Notes: generated from the letters alone by a model not told the origin. Counted from the first letter of the stretch, positions 1 to 12,658 are shown. The stretch: DNA of 64,000 nucleotides from Octopus vulgaris (GCA_951406725.2 OX597822.1:42532001-42596000); one strand, 5' to 3'. Translations and numbers: made by a program.

Positions 1-642
1 CAACCCCATGCACGTTAATTTCACGGATCAACTGGAACCCTCGTCGTTGTAACCGACGGAGTGCCGCATGTTGATCCATTTGGGAGACTTTCGACCGACT
101 AGAATTTAGAAATAGAATTGAGATAATTTAATATTTAGTGATATATTCCAATTTACGGGGAGAAGGTGTTGGTTAAATATATAACTATTTGAGCAATTTG
201 ATTAGATCAAAAATAAAATAAAATAAAAAGTAAGAAATATGATTAAAAATACCGGTAGTTATAGAACTAAATAATAAACAGCTGACTATAATTAATTATT
301 TATTGATTTCGTATGTATTTTACTCATTATTATAAGTAGGCAGTATACCTGAAATAACCCCGGGTCAGGAATAAGAGTGGTCTGGACAGTAAGAGAATAC
401 TATTTCAAAAACAAAAGGCTGGCCATTAAGAAACTGTTAATCGCTGGAGCAAAATAACAAATAATGGATATTATGTGTTAAGGGCCTCATATCGCTTATA
501 TTAGCGCATATAATGGAATGGGACAGTAATGAGTATTTGTGGTTGAGGGGAGGCAATTATTGATTTATGAAGTGATTTAAATTTCGTTTTTAGATTTGGT
601 TTGCAAGATTCTTTATGTGAGTTCGTGTGTTGAAGCATATTC

Positions 643-884
643 TGTTGTGTCTGGGGAGAGTGATTTTCTTTTTGTGCCTTATAATTTAACACACTCACCA
701 ATAAAATTTTCGTTGCGTCTTGCAACCTTTTCAATAGTCTTTTCAATAGTCAAAACTATTGAAAAGGTTGCAAGACGCAACGAAAATTTTAGGAAAATAA
801 AAATAAGAAATAAGTGGAAATTTTACCGGTGAATGTGTTAAATTATAAGGCACAAAAAGAAAATGACTCTCCCCAGGCACAACA
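643..884. mobile_element. Fold-back (palindromic) MITE-like element
   Basis: tgttgtgtctggggagagtgattttctttttgtgccttataatttaacac... is mirrored by ...gtgttaaattataaggcacaaaaagaaaatgactctccccaggcacaaca; inner arms aaaattttcgttgcgtcttgcaaccttttcaatag also pair. Confidence 0.8.
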
Positions 885-1024
885 CAAGTAATTTAAATGC
901 TTACGGATGTATTTCTCTAGCGGTTATAAGCGTATAGCCACTGTTCAATTCAACATGCATCGATGTGCGGGCTATATCTAATCTATAATATTACACACCC
1001 CAATAAACTATGTTATAATGTATA

Positions 1025-1029
<5 letters not shown>

Positions 1030-1088
<59 letters not shown>
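1030..1088. repeat. (CA)n microsatellite
   Basis: Direct reading of the sequence. Confidence 0.95.
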
Positions 1089-1089
<1 letters not shown>

Positions 1090-1847
1090 CCTTGGCCAAA
1101 AGTATTAGGCCACCCCAATATTTTGGGGTTCTGCTATCTCAATGTTAATGAATCTCGTGCACATGGTAGATTATGGTATATTTCACAATATACATTAGTT
1201 TTAATATCTAGTTGACCCACCTTTAGCATCAATTATCGCTTTTATACTGTATTGTATATATGCAACCAATTATGAGTAAGACCAACGTCCAAAATTAACT
1301 TATGTTTCCTTGATTGTTTCAGAATTTTATGCTAAAATACGTTGTAGATACAGTTACTAAACAGTAAGATGCCTAAAATAAGGGAGTTGAGTGAGTGTGA
1401 GCGAGGTCAAATCGCAGCTTATCGTGAAGATGGAATGTCTCAAAGGCAAATTGCTCAGATGATGAAATGTTCTCGCTGTGCGGTGCAAGCGACTCTCAAG
1501 CACTTCAGAGAGACAAAAGACGTGAAGACTATACAAAGAACAGGTAGAAAAAAGGTTACATCACCGCGTAATGACAGATCCATCATCCATCAGCCGCTCA
1601 GAAACAGGAGAAAAACATCGTCGGAACTCTGTGCGGACCTCAACGAGGCATGTACTTCACAAATATCAACCATAACTGTTAGAAGATGGCTTGTAGATTA
1701 AGGTCTGAAAAGCTGTAAAGCCAGGAAGAAGCCATGGGTTTCTGAAACGAATATGGAAAAACGTCTTCAGTGGGCAAATAATCACTCGAATTGGACCAGT
1801 GAGCAATGGTCGAAAGTCGTATGATCTAATGAAAGTAACTATAAGGT
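1087..1847 (+). mobile_element. Tc1-family DNA transposon, 5' half (TIR plus decayed transposase N-terminus)
   Basis: TIR-like CAGCCTTGGCCAAAAGTATT; ORF 1369-1701 is a paired-type HTH (MPKIRELSECERGQI...TGRKKVTSPRNDR); the frame continues past stops as GLKSCKARKKPWVS...RLQWA...WSKVV*SNES. Confidence 0.88.
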
Positions 1848-1944
1848 AAGATAGTACGTGTATTCAATCAACATATAAACTTAATATAATTGGTTTGTTG
1901 CCCAAAATACATACAAAAGTATCCAACATAAAGCATCTGATTCT

Positions 1945-2063
1945 TACCCTTTAAGCAGATTATTTGTCCAAGGCAGGTGTATTAGTTTACACATTCAACT
2001 ATTTCATCATCTATTACTACATTTCCAGCTGTGATTAGATGGTTGGAGATTGTCTTCATTGTA
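1945..2063 (-). mobile_element. RTE-type LINE reverse-transcriptase fragment
   Basis: Minus translation GNVVIDDEIVECVN*YTCLGQII resembles the RTE RT C-terminal 'IE.V..Y.YLGQ.I' motif. Confidence 0.5.
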
Positions 2064-2285
2064 TTAACACATAAAGCGCGATGAGCCACGATCATGGCCG
2101 TCAGGCACAAGTCAACAGGCCACGATCGTGGCCCAGACAAATGCATTTAAGATTTGGGCGTTTGTCTGGTCTAATATCACTCAAAAGTTCCGATACCCCC
2201 CCCCCCCCCCGAATCTTGAGGACTAATAGTTCAACTAATGACTTTTCAGATGGTGTAAAACTTGCCGCCATTATAGACTACTAGG
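2064..2285 (+). mobile_element. Truncated TTAA-ended piggyBac-like MITE (same family as 16794-17112)
   Basis: TTAA-CACATAAAGCGC end with two GGCCACGATC(A/G)TGGCC palindromes; ~200 bp similar to the reverse complement of 16914-17112. Confidence 0.65.
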
Positions 2286-2307
2286 TTGTCAAAGTTCTTG
2301 CGGAATT

Positions 2308-3720
2308 TTACATTTTGGGTCCCTTCTCTTCCTCGTGGCACTCCAGCGTTTTACTGGGATGCCGCCTTTCGTATTTAAATAGCACTCTGTGTGTCACAGA
2401 CTCTTCAGCTTGTCCGGATCGGGGAGACATGTTATACCAGAAAACTACTTCTAGCAGTGAAATATGCCCTCTTTCCACTATGGCCTTGACTGTCCGATGG
2501 TGCCTCTCTGCGATACCGTTACTGCTTGGCCTATACGCTGCTCTGAACAAGCGACACACTTTCCACCGGTCGAGCATATCCCTCAACGCCGCCCTGTTGT
2601 CCATTAGCAGTTCTTCCACAGGACCCCTCTCTAAGAATATCCCATTCAAAATCTTGTCAGCAATGCTTGTCCTCAACTCCCTCCAAATGGCCATCCAGCC
2701 CGGCCTGCAGTCGACCATGGAGAGATACATTCCCTGATGGTAGTGTGTCACATCCACAGCTAACCTCTTCCAGTTGTGCTCTACTGAAAGGTTTCCTTGC
2801 TCATGTCCACACGGAGCAGAATCAATGGACTGACACCTGTTGCAGCTCCCGAATACTTTCCGGATGCTTCTCCTAGTGACATCAGCATCAATCATCTTCA
2901 CGAGATACAGGGTCATGTCCACACCCAAGTGATGCATAGTGTGTGGTCTTTTCAGTTCGGAGTCATCCAATTGACACGCTGCAGCTATCCCTTTCTTTGC
3001 CTCCCCCGGTTCCTCCAACCATGCCCTTTTCACCCTGGTCAGTGCGTCTGCCCTGTTTCTCTCCGAAGGCACGAAAACCACGTTCAGCTTCAGTCTGAAC
3101 TCGGCAATCAAATCTCTTAGAACTCCTAGACAGCGCTTCACCAACATCTCTGCGGCACCTCTCGTCCGAACTCTCCTCTCACCAATCCTACCCAGCCAAG
3201 CACAGTGGCCAAATCCATTTGGATTTCGGTCAAGCGCAGCCCCCATTTCAGGGCCAGGTTCACCCCCTTCAGCACTGCGTCTGATTCGGTTATAGTGATG
3301 TGGTTAAAGTCGTCTGATTTCCGAAGCCAGCACCTTCAATCTCCAACACAACCCCTATCGCTATACTACTAGCATCACACCAGATGGTCCCGCATTCCGT
3401 CTTGGGCACATACCAGTTCCCCCTGACCAGTTCCCGCAACATCACCATCCTCCCCTCTCCCACCTTCTGTATGCCTTCAACACACTCTCCATGTACACAT
3501 CTTATAGCTGCTTCTCCATCTTCTCAACTTGGTCTGGCTCGTCCATCTCCAGATACAAATTCAGCACGCTTGTTTTTGGGAATAGTTCCATGAAACGCGT
3601 CACATTTTGTATCCCCTTGCAACTTAGCAACGAGCCTTACTTTTTAAATCCAGGACATCACAATATCTTCGCAGGAGAAGGGCTAAGGACACTGCTGTCA
3701 ATCTTTATTTTAGTTGCCTT
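2308..3720 (-). mobile_element. Decayed, internally deleted Ty3/Gypsy retrotransposon (gag N-terminus, RNase H, integrase)
   Basis: gag-like PFS..DIVMSWI*KVRLVAKLQ...LNLYLEM; RNase H WCDASSIAIGVVLEI and FVPSERNRADALTR; integrase HHCC zinc finger and core (LAVDVTH, LLMDN, YRPSSNGIAERHHRTVK). Confidence 0.9.
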
Positions 3721-4640
3721 AAAAAAAATATGTAATAATGACGTTTAATAACCTCTTTTGTTAAAGCTTACTCAAGATAGCCAAGTTTTTAGGACATTTC
3801 TGGCTTCGTTTTCTTTCATTTTAATCCTTCTGTTGGAATCGAGTTTTTTCCCCAAATCTACGCCTATGCTAAATTTCAGAGGTGATGACATTGTCCATTG
3901 AGTGGTCCACCTAGTATTTACTATTAAGTGAAACTCGTTATTGAACAAAGAGATATTGTTTCTGTATTAAAACGGTATCGCATTAAAAAGTACTGCCTGA
4001 AAATATAACCAACAACGATTTTACGTTTACGTTATGTTTATCAAACTTCGCAGAACGTTTCCCTTCAATTAATTGATTTCTCTCAGAGCAAAACAACAAC
4101 AGTAATACTTCCACCCGTCCCCTCCAAACCATCCTTTCTCTCTTTTTTTGAAGCAATACCAATTTATTGATTTTAAATTAATACATAAAAGAAAATATTT
4201 TAGGTTTAATATAATTTGATATGACACTGTTATGTCTGCTTGGCTGAAAGACGGCAAAATGAAACACTCAATTCATACAGCTAAAGTAAAATTAAACAAT
4301 GGTTTATTAATGCCATCGCTGGTGGTACGTATTATTTTAATTCAATTATTATCGTGTTAAATTTTAAGCTTACTGAAAACGAAAGTTTATTTGTAAAGGC
4401 TGTTGTTATTGGTCATACGTAGTTACCACGCTATTGTTGTGTAATCTCAGAAGAATCAGATTTGTGATCAAAGGATTCCAGCTGTGACCATACAGCCTTT
4501 TTGCATATATAGAAATATATTTTTCCACGTGTCCTTCCTTTTTTATACCACAGGGTGAGATCCAAGTGAATATGACCAGTATTGCTAACCATGTAGATTT
4601 TTGCTCGTTTGCTGGTTGTTGGTAAAAGAATTCGTATACC

Positions 4641-5042
4641 TATTTCTTTACTACCCGCAAGGGGCTAAACACAGAGAGGACAAACAAGGACAGACAAACG
4701 GATTAAGTCGATTACATCGACCCCAGTGCGTAACTGGTACTTATTTAATCGACCCCGAAAGGATGAAAGGCAAAGTCGACCTCGGCGGAATTTGAACTCA
4801 GAACGTAGCAGCAGACGAAATACCTATTTCTTTATTGCCCACAAGGGGCTAAACATAGATGGGACAAACAAGAACAGACAAACGGATTAAGTCGATCCCA
4901 GTGCGTAACTGGTACTTAATTTATCGACCTCGAAAGGATGAAAGGCAAAGTCGACCTCAGCGAAATTTGAACTCAGAACGTAGCGACGGGCGAAATACCG
5001 CTAAGCATTTCGCCCGGCGTGCTAACGTTTCTGCCAGCTCGC
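4641..5042 (-). mobile_element. Two tandem copies of a tRNA-derived octopus SINE (family A)
   Basis: Repeated core cgaccccgaaaggatgaaaggcaaagtcgacctcggcggaatttgaactcagaacg. Other copies at ~5805-6010, 13670-13752, 25910-26075, 27695-28105, 28470-28670, 29490-29680, 40138-40370, 41435-41640, 46705-46825, 49510-49655, 59640-59910. Confidence 0.85.
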
Positions 5043-7041
5043 AAACATAGTTTATAGCGCGCTCACGATCCTCTAAAAAAACAATTATTCCTTAGAAGAT
5101 AAAAGAAAAAAAATCTAAAGATCTACAAACATAGTATTTCATTTAAAAACAGAAATTCAATTTTTATCCTTCAGTTGAGTCATATAACATCTGTTACTTC
5201 TATCGTGGTATTTAAGTAGCTTCCAGAAACAGCTTATAATTACTGTCTCCTGTAAATTACTGCTGTGTGCATCAAAGTTTTTCTTTCTTTTTTTATTTTA
5301 ATTGTCAAAAATATAGTATATTGTTGTTTTAGTTATAAGAATCATAAACTGTCCTTGATTTCCTGTTGCCAATTTTGGCACGCGACCATGTTTTATTCTC
5401 TAATTTTCTGCAAATTTGTAGTTAAAATAAATGAGCAGATATTGTAAAGATGTTATTATTCTCGTGTTTCTAATTAAAATGTTGCTGGCGGAATTAAGGA
5501 TTTATCAGATATAACCAGGTCAATATTGTTTAGGAGTTAAAGACCGTTGAAGCAAGTACTTGGTGACTTCACTCGTGCTGGTGACACTAAAATGCACCCA
5601 GAAAATTCTCTGACGTAATTGGTATTTAGAGGGATATCCTGCAGAAGAAGTGAAACCAAAACACTGACATAAGGTCCTCTGGTCCATTGGTTCCTGTAGA
5701 ACCATCGAACCCATGCCAACATGGAAAAAGGGACGTTAAATGGTGATGATGATGACGAGATGATACGGGTGTATGTGTGTACCAAAGAAAGGGCCATTAC
5801 TTTATATTGGTTTCAAATTTTGGGACAAGGCCACCAATTTCAGGGGAGGAGAAGTTGATTACATTGACCCCAGTGCTCAACTGTTACCTATTTTATCGAC
5901 TCTGAAAGGATGAAGGGCAAAGTCGATCTTGGTGGACTTTGAATGCTGAACCTAAAAATGCTGCTAAGTATTTTGCCCAGTGTGCTAACGATCTGCCAAC
6001 TTGGTGCCTTTCTGTTATTTTATAGTGTTGCTTTTAGATGTTGAGTAAGGAAGCACTATTTTGATCAGCCAACACACACACACACATGTATATGTATGTT
6101 TATGTCACTGTAACTTAGTGGTTTGGCAAAAGAGACCAACAGAATACCAGGCTTGAAATAAAAATAAGTATTGGGGCTGATCCATTTGACTAAAATAAAT
6201 TCTTCAAAGCAGAATTTATATTATTTGTCGGTGGGAAGTGTGCCACCGACAGAGGAAACTGTGGCCCCTCCCAGAGCAACGAGAGATGATTTTGTTATCT
6301 TCTTCCATAAGGGAGGGGCAATAAGGAGACTAGAGGGCCGGAGTGAGGAGCCCATGCCCTGGACTGAAGACCTGGATTGGTCTCTGCAGGTGACTACGGA
6401 GGTCATATCGGAAGTCAATATGTTTAGGTGATGGACTCCTTCCTGAAGGACCAGTTTAGGTTCGCCTTCTGGGGCCCCGACCTAGAGCTGGAGCATTGCC
6501 TACGGGAGGCATACGGCGTGGTCGGAGAGGAAGGATAAAGAGGCTTTAGTGCCTGAATGTTTATTGTATGTAAGAGGCTCAGCGCCTCAATTTGTAATGG
6601 ACTATTAATTGTAAGAACTGAAGTAAGAGGTTTAATATCTCGTTTTTTTTTTTTTTCCCTGTGTAAAAAAAAAACAAAGAATAATGTTTTAGAGAAGCAA
6701 AATATCGGCGGGCGTTTCTTGTCTTCTCCCATCAATATCATCCTTTTTCCTCATTCATCTCATCAATGCTTTTGTCCAGCCTGCAAGGTACTCTGTGTCA
6801 TGCCTTTATGGCAAAATTTGAAATAATGTAGTGTAAACATTTGAACATGGTCACTATCTTTCCAAATCCTGCTGCCATTCACATGGGAGTTTTGATCCTC
6901 CAAAGTCATTTTGATTTGTAAGTTGATCTACTTTTTAGGGCTGAAAATTATGGTGAAAAACCCGACTTGGATATCAGTAAATGCAGTAGTCTTGCATCAG
7001 TTAACATAACTATTTGAAAAATTTAATCATATACCAGGAGT

Positions 7042-7440
7042 GGCGCAGGAGTGGCTGTGTGGTAAGTAGCTTGCTAACCAACCACATGGTTCCGGGTTCA
7101 GTCCCACTGCGTGGCATCTTGGGCAAGTGTCTTCTGCTATAGCCCCGGGCCGACCAATGCCTTGTGAGTGGATTTGGTAGACGGAAACTGAAAGAAGCCT
7201 GTCGTATACATGTATATATATATAAGTGTGTGTGTATATGTTTGTGTGTCTGTGTTTGTCCCCCTAGCATTGCTTGACAACTGATGCTGGTGTGTTTATG
7301 TCTCCGTCACTTAGCGGTTCGGCAAAAAGAGACCGATAGAATAAGTACTGGGCTTACAAAGAATAAGTCCCGGGGTCAAGTTGCTCGACTAAAGGCGGTG
7401 CTCCAGCATGGCCGCAGTCAAATGACTGAAACAAGTAAAA
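7042..7440 (+). mobile_element. Full-length tRNA-derived octopus SINE (family B)
   Basis: tRNA-like head (GGAGTGGCTGTGTGGTAAG...GGTTCAGTCCC), core ccttgtgagtggatttggtagacggaaactgaaagaagcc, internal TA/TG microsatellite, tail gcagtcaaatgactgaaacaagtaaaa. Confidence 0.88.
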
Positions 7441-8270
7441 GGGTAATACTTGATTCCAGAAAGCATTTACTACCTTTCACATCTATAAAAATCTCAATGT
7501 AATGTAACATATGCGGTCTAACTGAATCTATTGATCTATATTATATATTTCCCTTGTTATTAAATTCAGCCTTGATATGTCACATTATTTAGACCAGTTA
7601 CAGATTCAATTACAAGTTATACAAAAAACAAAAAAAAACAAAAAAAAAAGCTATGTTGCTCAACAAGAAAACTCTCTCAAAATAACAACAATCTGTGGTT
7701 CCCCTTCTAACAGCTGTGCTGTCTTCTTTCTTCTACTTATCAAAACAATTATTGATAATTTCTACATACTTTATTGTAGAGTATCTATGTTGCTAATGTT
7801 AGCTTGAAAATAAAGAAGTGTAGTTTTCATTGTATTGTTAATTAGTCTGAGAAATAGGAATAATTGGGTGAAATTAGTGTGGCAAATGTTCAGTTTGGAC
7901 AGCCATACACTTTTGGTAAATATAAAGCAGTATAAAGAACTTCTCCAGTCTATGTAATATTTTGTAGCTGGAATATGGTAACTTGAATGAGTGACAATAA
8001 CGTTGATAGAAGGAGAAGGTCATATAGAATAGATGAGACTAATGCAGATTAATATAGAAAGAATAGAGAAGGAAATCAGTTAAGCTGTTCCCACTGATTG
8101 AAGAAACATCATTGTCACTATCATTTAACATCCATTTTGCATGCTGGCATGGGATGGATAGTTTGACTGGATTCAATGAGTCTAAGGACTTCATTGTACT
8201 TTAGTGTCTTCTTTGGCATGGTAGCTATGGCTGGATGCCCTTTCTAACACCAGCCACTTTATAGCCTGTA

Positions 8271-8674
8271 TTCTCTTTACTCTCTTTTACTTGTTTCAGT
8301 CATTTGATTGTGGCCATGCTGGAGCACCACATTTAGTCGAGCAAATCGACCCCAGGACTTATTCTTTGGAAGCCTAGTACTTATTCTATTGGTCTCTTTT
8401 GCTGAACCGCTAAGTTACGGGGATGTAAACACACCAGCCTTGGTTGTCAAGCGATGTTGGGAGGACAAACGCAGACATACACATACATATATATATATAT
8501 ATACATATATACGACGGGCTTCTTTCAGTTTCCGTCTACCAAATCCACTCACAAGGCTTTGGTCAGCCCAAGGCTATAGTAGAAGACACTTGCCCAAGGT
8601 GCCATGCAGTGGGACTGAACCCGGGACCATGTGGTTCGTATACAAGCTACTTATCACACAGCAACTCCTACGCC
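8271..8674 (-). mobile_element. SINE family B copy
   Basis: Reverse complement of 7042-7440. Confidence 0.88.
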
Positions 8675-9169
8675 TATGTATTTGGTTATTTTTCTTGTAC
8701 CACTGGTACAAGTGAAGACACCATATAGTTTGCACGACTGTGAAATTCTATGAGGTAGGCTGGGAGTCAGCTTTATACTAAGCGATAAGGGTTAAGGTAT
8801 GACAAAGGGGTAGAGCTGAGCGGGTCCTTGTAGAGGAGCTCATGGCAACTCACCTTTAGGGGAAAGAGCAAGAATGAATCAGTAGTAGCTGAAAATAGCT
8901 CTGATAAACTTCATCAGTCTGACTCTGCCAAGTTGTGAACCATCTTGTAGTTTTGTAAGTGGTGATTTATCTAGTGGAGTGCACTGTACAAGTTAGAGTT
9001 AGGATTGTGTGCTTCCCTTTATCCAGTCTGTTCTTATTTGACTCTATATTCTAGTGGATAGAGGCAAAGAAGGACAAGTGAATTTGGACAGATATTGTTT
9101 CCTAATAGAGCAGGGCTTTATTAAGAAGCTGGTTTCACAACCACATGGTTTCAGGTTCAATCCTGCTCA

Positions 9170-9775
9170 GGACCCTTGATATAGTCAGAGATGGAAGTTT
9201 AAGGACCCTTCATATGGTCAGAGATTTAGGGACATCCTAATTGAGAGAGGAGCAGCTACAAACTTGTGACATGGAGGGCAACTGGGAATTCCTGTGGGAC
9301 AGCCACAGACCAACTCTGTGGCTGGTGCAAAGTCCCTTACAGACACAGGGTAATGTGGTGGTGGAACAATACCATAGACAATGCCATTAGAGCAAAGAGA
9401 CAGGCCTGGAAGAGTGGGGGCAGTAGGGAACTGTATCAGATAGCCAGAAAGGAAGCTAAGAGACTAGTATATCTAGCCAAGGGAGAAGCAGAAAAGAAGA
9501 AATTTGCCTATGTTCAGTGCTGTGAAAACCAGTGATCTGAAGTATTTTGGATTGCAAGACAGTGTGTAAGAGAAAATTGTGATGTCATAGGAAAGAAATG
9601 TGTCCACATGGATGATGGTGCACTTGCTTTTAATGAGTGTGCTTGGAGATGCCATTATGAAAGACTGCTGAATGTGGAGAATGAATGGGAAGAGGAGTGT
9701 CTACCAAATGTTGACACAACTGAGGGATCAGCTATCCAAATTGACAGTACCTTGGTAGATAAAACAATTAAGGAT
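9170..9775 (+). mobile_element. RTE-clade LINE ORF fragment (endonuclease-RT linker)
   Basis: WWWNNTIDNAIRAKRQAWK...YQIARKEAKRLV...WRCHYERLLNVENEW, with internal stops. Confidence 0.85.
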
Positions 9776-9994
9776 CAGAATCCAAGACACCGAAAGGCAA
9801 TGGAGATGGAGACGACGATAAGCTAAGGAGTCGGTGTTGATGATGGCATCAGTGAAAAAAGGCATCGTTGAGTTGCTGCAGGTGGTCTGTCGCTGGAACT
9901 GGAACTGGCTGAGTCACTCTGTGGTCAGAGGTTAGTCCTTAGAAGGACTAGAACCTAAGACAAAAAATAGTGATTTGCTGGCGCCTTTTATAAC

Positions 9995-10920
9995 AGTGAT
10001 GAAAGCAAATCGAATTTAGTAGGTTCAGATGGTAGAGAGCATGTTAGGTGCTTCACAGGAGATCGACTAAAATTCAAATGCTTGAAGAAATCTGCCAAGT
10101 TTGGAAGAGGAAGCGTCATGGTGTGGGGAATGATTTCTTCTGAAGGAGTTGACACTCTATTGCAGATTAAAGGGACTTTTAATGCTAATATTTTTTGAAT
10201 TTGGTTTAAACAGCATATGATCCCATCATTACGGGCATTTCTGAATCAACCGTGTATTTTCATGCAAGATAACCCCCCTTGTCATACTGCAAAGCGTGTC
10301 ACTAGATTCTTTAGTGAACAAAAAATCCAAGCAATGAAGAGGTCAGCACAAAGTACATACTTAAACCCAATTGAAAACCTTTGGAAAATACTTGGAGACA
10401 AAGTAACACAAAGGGCACCAAGTACTACGACGAATTTATGGGAGATTTTAGAAGAGGAATGGAAGAAAGTAACACCTGACTTGTGCAGGAAACTTGTTAT
10501 GTCCTGTAGCAATCGATGTGCAGAGGTGATCTCCAACAAAGGTCTACAAATATCCTACTAACTGTTTTAAGTTCATATTTACATTTCTTTCAATCATTAT
10601 TATGGTCTTGAGTTAATTGAAGCATTTGGACGAAACTAGTGTTAGTGTTATTAACTTTAACAAGATCATTGTGCAAACTTAGATTTTTCAGAGAATTTAG
10701 ATAATGGTTAACTGTGTTTATGAAACCAATAACGAATTTGTACGTTCACTAGCTTTTCCGACGTTTAAAAATATATTAATCGTTCTCTTTTTTTTTGCTC
10801 GCTACTGTATACATACATACATATTCATAATACTTTACATTATTTTTGACATTTATAGGCATTTTTATGGACCACGTCCAATATTCGTGATTTTTCACCA
10901 TTCGCGGGGTGCTCTAAGAA
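9995..10920 (+). mobile_element. Tc1-family transposon, 3' half (DD34E catalytic region)
   Basis: SDESK...GSVMVWG...FMQDNPPCHTAK...LNPIENLW; TIR-like remnant ggggtgctctaa at ~10905-10918. Confidence 0.88.
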
Positions 10921-10923
10921 CAT

Positions 10924-11456
10924 AATCCTAAATGCTGGATTAAAGGTTTGACGTGGGGTATTCTATTCTAAATGTCGGATTAAATGGTTGGTGTGGGGTA
11001 GAGGTAGTCTATCCTAAATGCTGGATTAAAAAGTTGGCATGGGGGAGGCATTCTATTCTAAATGCTGGATTAAAGGGCTGGTGTTGGGGGAGGCATTCCA
11101 TCCTAAATGCCGAATTAAAGGGTTGAAGTGGGTGGGGCATTCTATCCCAAATGCTGGATTAAAGGGTTGACATTGGGTGAGGCATTCTATCCTAAATGCC
11201 GAATTAAATGGTCAGCTTGGGGGAATAGGCATTCTTTCCTGAATGCCAGATTAAAAGGTTGGCGTGAGGGAGGCATTATATGCCGGATTAAAGAGTTACC
11301 GTTATGGGAGGCACTCCATCATAAATGCTGGATTAAAGGGTTGGCGTGATCGGAGGCATTTTATTCTAAATGCCGAATTATAGGGTTGGCATGGGGAGGC
11401 ATTTTGTCCTAAATGCCAGATTAAAGAGTTGGCGTGGGAGGAGGCATTCTATCCTA
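10924..11456. repeat. G-rich minisatellite, ~44-bp unit, ~12 diverged copies
   Basis: Consensus attctatcctaaatgctggattaaagggttggcgtgggggaggc in tandem. Confidence 0.92.
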
Positions 11457-12516
11457 GAAACTTACAATGAACAGGTCACAGAGGGTACAACCATACACAG
11501 AGTACAACCTTTAAGTTGATACCATTCGCTGTAACGAAAGTTTATTATTGCCTAAAAATAGACAGTTTCGGTTTTTAAACATCTGTAACTTTTTCGTCAA
11601 ATTTTTTTCTCAATAAATTCTTTGGTTCAAATGAATAAGAAATGAAAATTTAACATGACAGTTTTTCAGATATTGTGTAGATTTTGTGACTCAAACTAAC
11701 TAGATCCAAGTACAGTGAATACCATTCTCCACAATTTGCTACTTATCTGAAGTACATATCTATTTCAACAATTTCTATCAAATACACTCTATTTCTAGGG
11801 CATAAAAAAAAACTTCTTCCCGGGTGAAATTAACTTATATGTCAAATTGGGGCACAAATTCTAGCCAGTTTGATAATGGAAATCGGAAAGGTTTGAAATG
11901 ATTTCATTGGCATTTACTTGTACCAAAGACCACTCTTTCGATAGACGACACGTTGATCCCATAAGTGTTGCGAGGTGGAAATAAATGCAATTACCAAACT
12001 TTCATTCATAAGACCATTTATTATTTCGTTTTTTAGCATTTGTACATTTGTACTTCCTATTGCGTACAAGCGCATATGTAAAACAACGTACTACATTTCT
12101 GAAGAAAAAAAGATTCCCTTACCCCCACCCCTAACCCTAAAACAGATTGAAATGCAATAGATCGATACTAGGGTCATAATTATGAGTGACAATTTCATAT
12201 GACACCGCTAGAAAAACTGCCGTTCAAACCGAAAAGATCCAAAATATTTTGTTGGGTGACCATTTGGGACTCCAAGGGTCAAAGGGGGCGTTTGGCCAAA
12301 ATGGGTTGAGAACCTTTGATCTAAAACATACATATAGAGAATTTCATTAAAAATATTCACCTTTCTGAAAGTTATGAGGAAACAAAATCGGAGTTGGGGT
12401 ACACTAAAAAGTCAGTACTGTTATATTATATTCTACAAATTGTATTCTGTTCATGAAACCGATTTTGATAGAAAAAATAAGTTGACGAAAAGATATTTTC
12501 TGCAGACCTTTTCAGT

Positions 12517-12545
12517 CGACTTCCGTAAAGGAGCTAGTCACGTGG
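12517..12545 (+). promoter_or_regulatory. Candidate promoter motifs of the TEX12-like gene: ETS-like ACTTCCG and extended E-box GTCACGTG
   Basis: gacttccgt at ~12518-12526 and GTCACGTG at 12537-12544, ~115 nt upstream of a strong splice donor. Confidence 0.35.
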
Positions 12546-12611
12546 TTTAATTTATCGGCTGCTGTGTGATGGAGGGACTTTTGAACTTTTAGTTTATTTT
12601 TCGCTTTAAAG

Positions 12612-12658
12612 ACTACTGAAGAAAAATACCTTGGAAGGTTGAAATCCCTACAAGTCAA
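12612..12658 (+). CDS. Candidate upstream exon of the TEX12-like gene (TTEEKYLGRLKSLQVK); may be partly 5' UTR
   Basis: Strong donor AA|gtaagt at 12659; phase 2 joins in frame with the 19291 microexon; CpG-richer surroundings. Confidence 0.4.

Noticed and set aside
3772-3910. Minus-strand exon with a gtaagc donor
   Set aside because: The only long open frame ends in TGA right at the donor and the other two frames have stops; cannot be supported as coding
8308-8728. ORFs recurring across the window (e.g. [26 protein letters not shown])
   Set aside because: Translations of SINE and RTE-tail repeats, not genes
10924-11456. CRISPR-like array
   Set aside because: Whole units are homologous with no unique spacers; eukaryotic context and no cas genes
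12129-12140. Interstitial telomeric repeat CCCTAACCCTAA
   Set aside because: Only two units, inside what looks like a dispersed repeat
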